Shown: positions 58,927-64,000 of the stretch, piece by piece
Layout: each line of letters begins with the position of its first letter
How positions within the stretch are numbered: the stretch's first letter is position 1
Source: Chloroflexota bacterium
Lineage (GTDB): Bacteria; Chloroflexota; UBA11872; VXOZ01
Direction of reading: 5' to 3'
Length of the DNA stretch: 64,000 bases
NCBI GenBank assembly: GCA_965221905.1
Contig: OZ244922.1
Coordinates: forward strand, 2,144,001 to 2,208,000
Notes under the pieces: model-generated
The model's input: only the letters and a program-made list of their open reading frames with translations
Told to the model about the DNA's origin: nothing
Database searches by the model: none
Position numbers and translations under genes: made by a program

Positions 58927-61191
58927 TTGCTGGTGGAGGAACGCGGTGGCTACTCTCACACGGTGAATTCTTACACTTACATCCTTAGCATGATTGTCTT
59001 AGGGTCGATCCTGTTGGCGTCATGTGGCGACGGTGGGGAAAAAATCGCTGCGCCCACAGCGTTTCTTCCTTCGCCAGAACCGGATGCTACACGTCTACCC
59101 AGCCAGGCTCCGTTTGCACCCCTCCCGCCGCTATTGCCATGCCACATTGAGCTTGTTGAAGCGGAAAAGGCTGAACCCATTGTTAGCCCCACGCCAGAGA
59201 CAATCAGACTGCAAGTGCTTGATCGTCCTTACCGAATAGTTCCTAACGACATCGTCCTCATTCGTAATCGTAGCTATCGACTAATCTTGCAAGCGCACAA
59301 CGATTGGCTCCAATTTTCCGTAGGCATCTTGAGCCACGACCTTCTCATACCACCAAACGGAGAAGCCGAGACAATTGTGCAACCCAAAGTCCTAGGCATC
59401 TATCCAATCTCGAATGTTCGTCACCTACCTGAAACCGACTTGGCAAGCACCATTACGGTGGTTCCTGAAGGCGCATCCGTGTCAACGTGGCATCCGTATT
59501 GCGCCGAACTGTCCGTTCTAGCTCCACCGCCAGACGCCACTGTGAGTGCGCCATTCGTCATTCAGGGTTCAGTCGTGGAACCCAGCGTTGGCGATCTTCG
59601 CGTTACGCGTATCGAGGCCTGGAGCGATGGCAGGAAAGTAGGCGAAACGTCAAGAGAGCACTTCATATCCCAAGACTCATACGAAGACTTCCTCCTTACC
59701 ATTCCATACTTGCCTCCAGGCACCCACTCACTGCTCCTCCAGGCTTATCTTCAAAACGGAAGTCTGGCCGTTACGGCATCTTTGCCACTCTCCATACTCG
59801 CTGAACCTGCCTCTACCACTCCATCCCAAGGTTACCGTGGCAGCATAGACATCCCTGACGAGAACCGTCTCCTTAGCCTTCCTGTCACAGTTCAAGGCTG
59901 GGCAGTCATTCCTGGCAGTAGGAACGGCACTGGTGTCGGTTCGGTCGAAGTCTGGAACGGGCCGCGCGAGACCGGTTCATTTCTCACCGAAGCTATTTAC
60001 GGCACGTATCGCCCTGATGTAGTTCAAGTCCTCGGCGATCCCCGTTTTGCGAGCAGCGGATTCTACGCTAGAATTCCCAATCTCTCTGCAGGTCCCGCCA
60101 ACCTCCATATCTACATCCGTGACCGCGAATCCGGCGACTACGTGTCCCCCCACCTCTTTCAATCGCCTTTAGTACGCAGTTTCTCCCTAGCAGAGGGCAA
60201 AGTCACCGATGCGGCCTGGCCTGTGGCCCTTGCGGCCGCCCCAGACGGCCGGCTCTTCTTTGCCGAGCTACTCACCGGCAATATTCGCATCCTGCAAGGT
60301 GATAAAATTCTCCCAGAACCCTTTGCTACACTTAGGGATGTATCGAACTATTGGGAGTCTGGCCTTATGGGGCTTGCCCTCCATCCAAACTTCCCACAAG
60401 AACCATACGTCTACGCAATGTACGTCGTGGAAAACCCTGAGACAGGTCTGCCCAGCGGCCAGCGCGTCGTGCGCTTTCGTGATGTCAACAATGCCGGTCA
60501 AGACTACACAGTGATCCTCGACAATCTGCCCTCTACGACCACCAATAGACACAATGGCGGACGTATTGCCATAGGTCCCGACGGCAACCTCTATCTCTCT
60601 ATCGGTGACATTGACATTCCTAGCCTCGCTCAAGACACCACGAGCCCCGTTGGTTCTATTCTTCGCATAAGTGCTGATGGCAGCATTCCCGATGACAATC
60701 CTATTTCCGGTTCACTTGTCTACGCCAGTGGTTTGCGCAATGTATTTGGCCTCGCCTTCCAACCAGAGACTGGATATCTCTTTGCGACCGACAACGGCCC
60801 GGGCGGTTTCGATGAAGTGAACAAGATCGAAGCCGGCCACAACTACGGCTGGCCTCTTCATATGGGCGTAACACGTTCAGAGGGTTATACCGACCCTATC
60901 GCCGTTTATGGTAACTGGCCTGAGAGACCCATCGGGCCTACCGGCGTGACCTTTAGTCCTGAACGACCGGACTTGCTGCTCTTTTGCGCTTACCACGACT
61001 TCTTCCTGCGCGCGGTGCGATTGAGCGGTCCAGAGTTCGAGTCCGCTGAGAGTACCACGGTACTGTCGAGAAACTGCGCGCTTGACGTGACTTACAGCGC
61101 TGACGGTTGGCTCTACTACAGCACAGTGTCCGCAATCTTCCGAGCGCGGCTCGATGACCTCGTGCGACTCCAAGAGGCAGACGCCAAGTGA
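58927..61191 (+). CDS. Multidomain lipoprotein, PQQ-dependent sugar dehydrogenase, paralog 2
   Basis: Same architecture and motifs as paralog 1; LASC lipobox; SD AAGGAG. Confidence 0.85.
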   Translation: MLVEERGGYSHTVNSYTYILSMIVLGSILLASCGDGGEKIAAPTAFLPSPEPDATRLPSQAPFAPLPPLLPCHIELVEAEKAEPIVSPTPETIRLQVLDRPYRIVPNDIVLIRNRSYRLILQAHNDWLQFSVGILSHDLLIPPNGEAETIVQPKVLGIYPISNVRHLPETDLASTITVVPEGASVSTWHPYCAELSVLAPPPDATVSAPFVIQGSVVEPSVGDLRVTRIEAWSDGRKVGETSREHFISQDSYEDFLLTIPYLPPGTHSLLLQAYLQNGSLAVTASLPLSILAEPASTTPSQGYRGSIDIPDENRLLSLPVTVQGWAVIPGSRNGTGVGSVEVWNGPRETGSFLTEAIYGTYRPDVVQVLGDPRFASSGFYARIPNLSAGPANLHIYIRDRESGDYVSPHLFQSPLVRSFSLAEGKVTDAAWPVALAAAPDGRLFFAELLTGNIRILQGDKILPEPFATLRDVSNYWESGLMGLALHPNFPQEPYVYAMYVVENPETGLPSGQRVVRFRDVNNAGQDYTVILDNLPSTTTNRHNGGRIAIGPDGNLYLSIGDIDIPSLAQDTTSPVGSILRISADGSIPDDNPISGSLVYASGLRNVFGLAFQPETGYLFATDNGPGGFDEVNKIEAGHNYGWPLHMGVTRSEGYTDPIAVYGNWPERPIGPTGVTFSPERPDLLLFCAYHDFFLRAVRLSGPEFESAESTTVLSRNCALDVTYSADGWLYYSTVSAIFRARLDDLVRLQEADAK

Positions 61192-61467
61192 CCAGAGGCA
61201 TGTGGGAGAATACTGCCATACCGTCCACCGAGAGTCTTTACAGAGCATCGGATCAAAAGATTTCAAGAAGCTTTGGGTCTTGTGGTACTCGCCGCTTGAC
61301 AAATCTTCTTCAATTGAGAAGGAATGGCGAGTTGGAGGAAAGCGCCGGGCGCAGCGGAAGCAGCCAAGAGGGTGGTCCGGAAAGTACCTTGAGCAATATC
61401 CATCACTCTGCTTGGCGTGAAGAGAAAATTAGTGAGTAGAATACGCGAAAAGAATGAGGAGCAAGCA

Positions 61468-63750
61468 ATGGTTGAAGCAGAAGTCGCAAGAAGCGACTTA
61501 CGATGCTGGTTGCGGCCCTGGCTCGCTTTTCTTCTCTGCTGCATGTTAGTGGCCGTAACGATTCTCTTGGCGTCCTGCGGAGACGACCAAGAAGACTCTG
61601 AATCAGCGTCGTCGCCCCGGGCCTCAGTAGCAGGAGAAGCTACTGCCACGCCCATTGAGCAGTTTTTTGCGTGCTATATACACTTGAATTCGGCAAGTGT
61701 AGGTGAACCGTTGGTCACTCCAACCCCAGAGACAATCAGGATTCAGATGCTCGAGCGTCCTTACCGCATTATTCCTAACGACATTGTCCTCATACAAAAC
61801 CGACCGTATCGCCTAATCATCCAGGCTGGCGAGGAGTGGCACCAGTTTGCCACGGAAGTCTTGAGCCAAGACGTATTGCTGCCACCAGGTGGCGAAGCGG
61901 AGATCCTTGTTCAACCACAGTTACTTGGCATATTCCCAATCCATAACAACCGCCGCATTCAAGAAAGCTTACTGCCAAGCACAATCACGGTAGTACCCGA
62001 GGGAATTGAGCCTTCCACGTGGTACCCTTTTTGTGCCGAGTTCTCCGTGCATTCTCCGCCGCCCGATGCAAGCCTGAGTACACCGTTTGTCATTGAAGGT
62101 ACTGTTGGGCCAGTAATACTGCAACCAACCATAATGGAGCCGGTTGGTCAGTTTCTCTTTGTCTCTCGTATTGAAGCGTGGAACAACGGGCGAATTGTTG
62201 GTACTGCCACAAGTGAGCAATTTAGGTCCCGCGGCCTCGACAGTGACTTCTACATTACCATTCCGAACCTGCCTCCTGGCACCCACATTTTACACCTCCA
62301 AGCTTCCCTTCAGAACGGCTCCATTGCTGCAACGGCAACTCTCCCCCTTGTGATTCCGGTAGACACATCGAGTGGGTCCCTCCTCCCAGGCTATCGTGGC
62401 AACATCGATCTCCCAATCGACAACGCGTTTCTTGATCTTCCTATCACCATCCAGGGCTGGGTGGTCAACCCCGGCAGTGAAGACGGCACAGGCGTTGGTT
62501 CCGTAGAAATCTGGAACGGCCCTCGCGAGAGCGGTCAATTCCTCACGGAGGCCGTTTACGGCACGTACCGCCCTGATGTAGCAGAATCACTGGACGATCC
62601 CACCTACGCCAGCAGCGGCTTCATCGCTCAACTCTCCAATGTGCCCGCCGGCCCTGTCAACCTCCACCTATACGTCCGTGACCGCGAGTCAGGTGATTAT
62701 GTATCGCCGCGTTTCCGACAGTCGCCACTAATGCGTAGCGTTTCCCTGGCGGAGGGTAAAGTCGCCGATGCGGCCTGGCCTGTGGCCCTGGCTGCCGCTC
62801 CGGACGGGAGGCTCTTCTACGCTGAACTCCTCACCGGCAACATCCGTATTGTGAAAGACGGCCAAGTCCTACCGAAACCCTTCGCGACCCTCGAAAACGT
62901 CTCGAATTTCCGGGAGTCCGGCTTCATGGGCCTTGCTCTTCACCCGGACTTTGCCACTACCCCCTATGTCTATGCCATGTACGTCGTGGACAATCCCAGT
63001 ACTGGCATCCCCAGCGGCCAGCGCGTTGTCCGCTTCCGCGACGTAGATGATATCGGCCAGGAATACACCGTGATTATCGACAACCTTCCCGCGCTAACGA
63101 TCTCCTTCCATAATGGTGGGCGCATTGCTTTCGGCCCCGATGGGATGCTTTATGTCTCCATCGGCGACACCGGCGAAGGCGAGCTTGCTCAGGACCCCAA
63201 GAGACTTGAGGGCTCCATTCTGCGCTACAATCCCGATGGCAGCATCCCAAGCGACAATCCCATCCCAGGTTCTCCGGTCTATGCCATCGGTTTGCGCAAT
63301 GTCTTTGGTCTCGCCTTCCAACCTGAGACCGGATTCCTCTACGCTACAGACAACGGCCCCGGCGGCTTCGACGAAGTAAACAAGATCGAAGCCGGTCTAA
63401 ATTACGGGTGGCCGGGTCACATGGGGGTGGACAGCCCGGAAGGTTATACTGATCCAGTTGCAGTCTACGGCAACTGGCCCGAAACACCCATCGGGCCTAC
63501 CGGTGCGACCTTTAGTCCTGAGCAACCGGACTTGCTGCTGTTCTGCGCTTATCACGGCTTTTTCCTACGCGCTGTGCGATTGAACGGTCCAGAATACGCA
63601 ACAGCGCAAAGCACGACCGTGCTATCGAACAATTGCGCACTCGACGTGACCTACAGCAGTGACGGTTGGCTGTATTACAGCACCATTTCTGAAATCTATC
63701 GTGCGCGACTGGAAGACCTCTTGCGCCTGCGTGAGGAGAATGCTCAATGA
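61468..63750 (+). CDS. Multidomain lipoprotein, PQQ-dependent sugar dehydrogenase, paralog 3
   Basis: Same architecture; SD GAGGAG before ATG 61468; LASC lipobox. ORF is open from 61417. Confidence 0.85.
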   Translation: MVEAEVARSDLRCWLRPWLAFLLCCMLVAVTILLASCGDDQEDSESASSPRASVAGEATATPIEQFFACYIHLNSASVGEPLVTPTPETIRIQMLERPYRIIPNDIVLIQNRPYRLIIQAGEEWHQFATEVLSQDVLLPPGGEAEILVQPQLLGIFPIHNNRRIQESLLPSTITVVPEGIEPSTWYPFCAEFSVHSPPPDASLSTPFVIEGTVGPVILQPTIMEPVGQFLFVSRIEAWNNGRIVGTATSEQFRSRGLDSDFYITIPNLPPGTHILHLQASLQNGSIAATATLPLVIPVDTSSGSLLPGYRGNIDLPIDNAFLDLPITIQGWVVNPGSEDGTGVGSVEIWNGPRESGQFLTEAVYGTYRPDVAESLDDPTYASSGFIAQLSNVPAGPVNLHLYVRDRESGDYVSPRFRQSPLMRSVSLAEGKVADAAWPVALAAAPDGRLFYAELLTGNIRIVKDGQVLPKPFATLENVSNFRESGFMGLALHPDFATTPYVYAMYVVDNPSTGIPSGQRVVRFRDVDDIGQEYTVIIDNLPALTISFHNGGRIAFGPDGMLYVSIGDTGEGELAQDPKRLEGSILRYNPDGSIPSDNPIPGSPVYAIGLRNVFGLAFQPETGFLYATDNGPGGFDEVNKIEAGLNYGWPGHMGVDSPEGYTDPVAVYGNWPETPIGPTGATFSPEQPDLLLFCAYHGFFLRAVRLNGPEYATAQSTTVLSNNCALDVTYSSDGWLYYSTISEIYRARLEDLLRLREENAQ

Positions 63751-64000
63751 ACGTCCTTAGAGCACAATGAGTGCTACGTCTCTTCTCGCGAGACTGCGGA
63801 AAACATCGAATCCTCTGCGACACATGGCAAGTCTGAGACCTAGTTATGAGACGCTCTGCTGCTAGCTGCTGGGCTGGCAGTGCGGACATCTTCCCGTAGA
63901 CGACCTGTCCTTTGGCAAAACCAATGCAGGCAATCGAGTACTCGCTTATGATGGGTGAAGTTGATTGATCCCCGTATTCGACGATGGAGGCACAATTCCA

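Overview
Bacterial chromosomal segment, most likely from Chloroflexota. This is inferred from the FPETG-type repeats in a SpoIID protein, the ycf45-like AAA-R3H gene, the TGS-less ThrS and the orphan GlmL-like pair. The housekeeping backbone comprises mreBCD-mrdA-rodA, gltX, tRNA-Ser(GGA), thrS, thiL-tsaE-tsaB-rimI-tsaD, thiD and dnaN. Accessory blocks are interleaved: a type II-like R-M pair, a GlmL/MutL-like two-gene module with no mutase in the window, a 1209-aa lamin-tail/Pro-Thr surface protein with a recent 687-bp internal duplication, and a catabolic patch (two amidohydrolases, an isomerase, a sulfatase). There is also a rearranged alternative complex III operon (A-B1-B2-F-C-D-E-small) followed by a rhodanese and a His-rich beta-propeller. 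At the right end is a tandem array of three paralogous lipoproteins fusing a degenerate cupredoxin-like domain and two Ig-like domains to a PQQ-type sugar dehydrogenase propeller. No CRISPR array, transposase, integrase or rRNA was seen. All family calls come from motif recognition by eye; no database searches were run.
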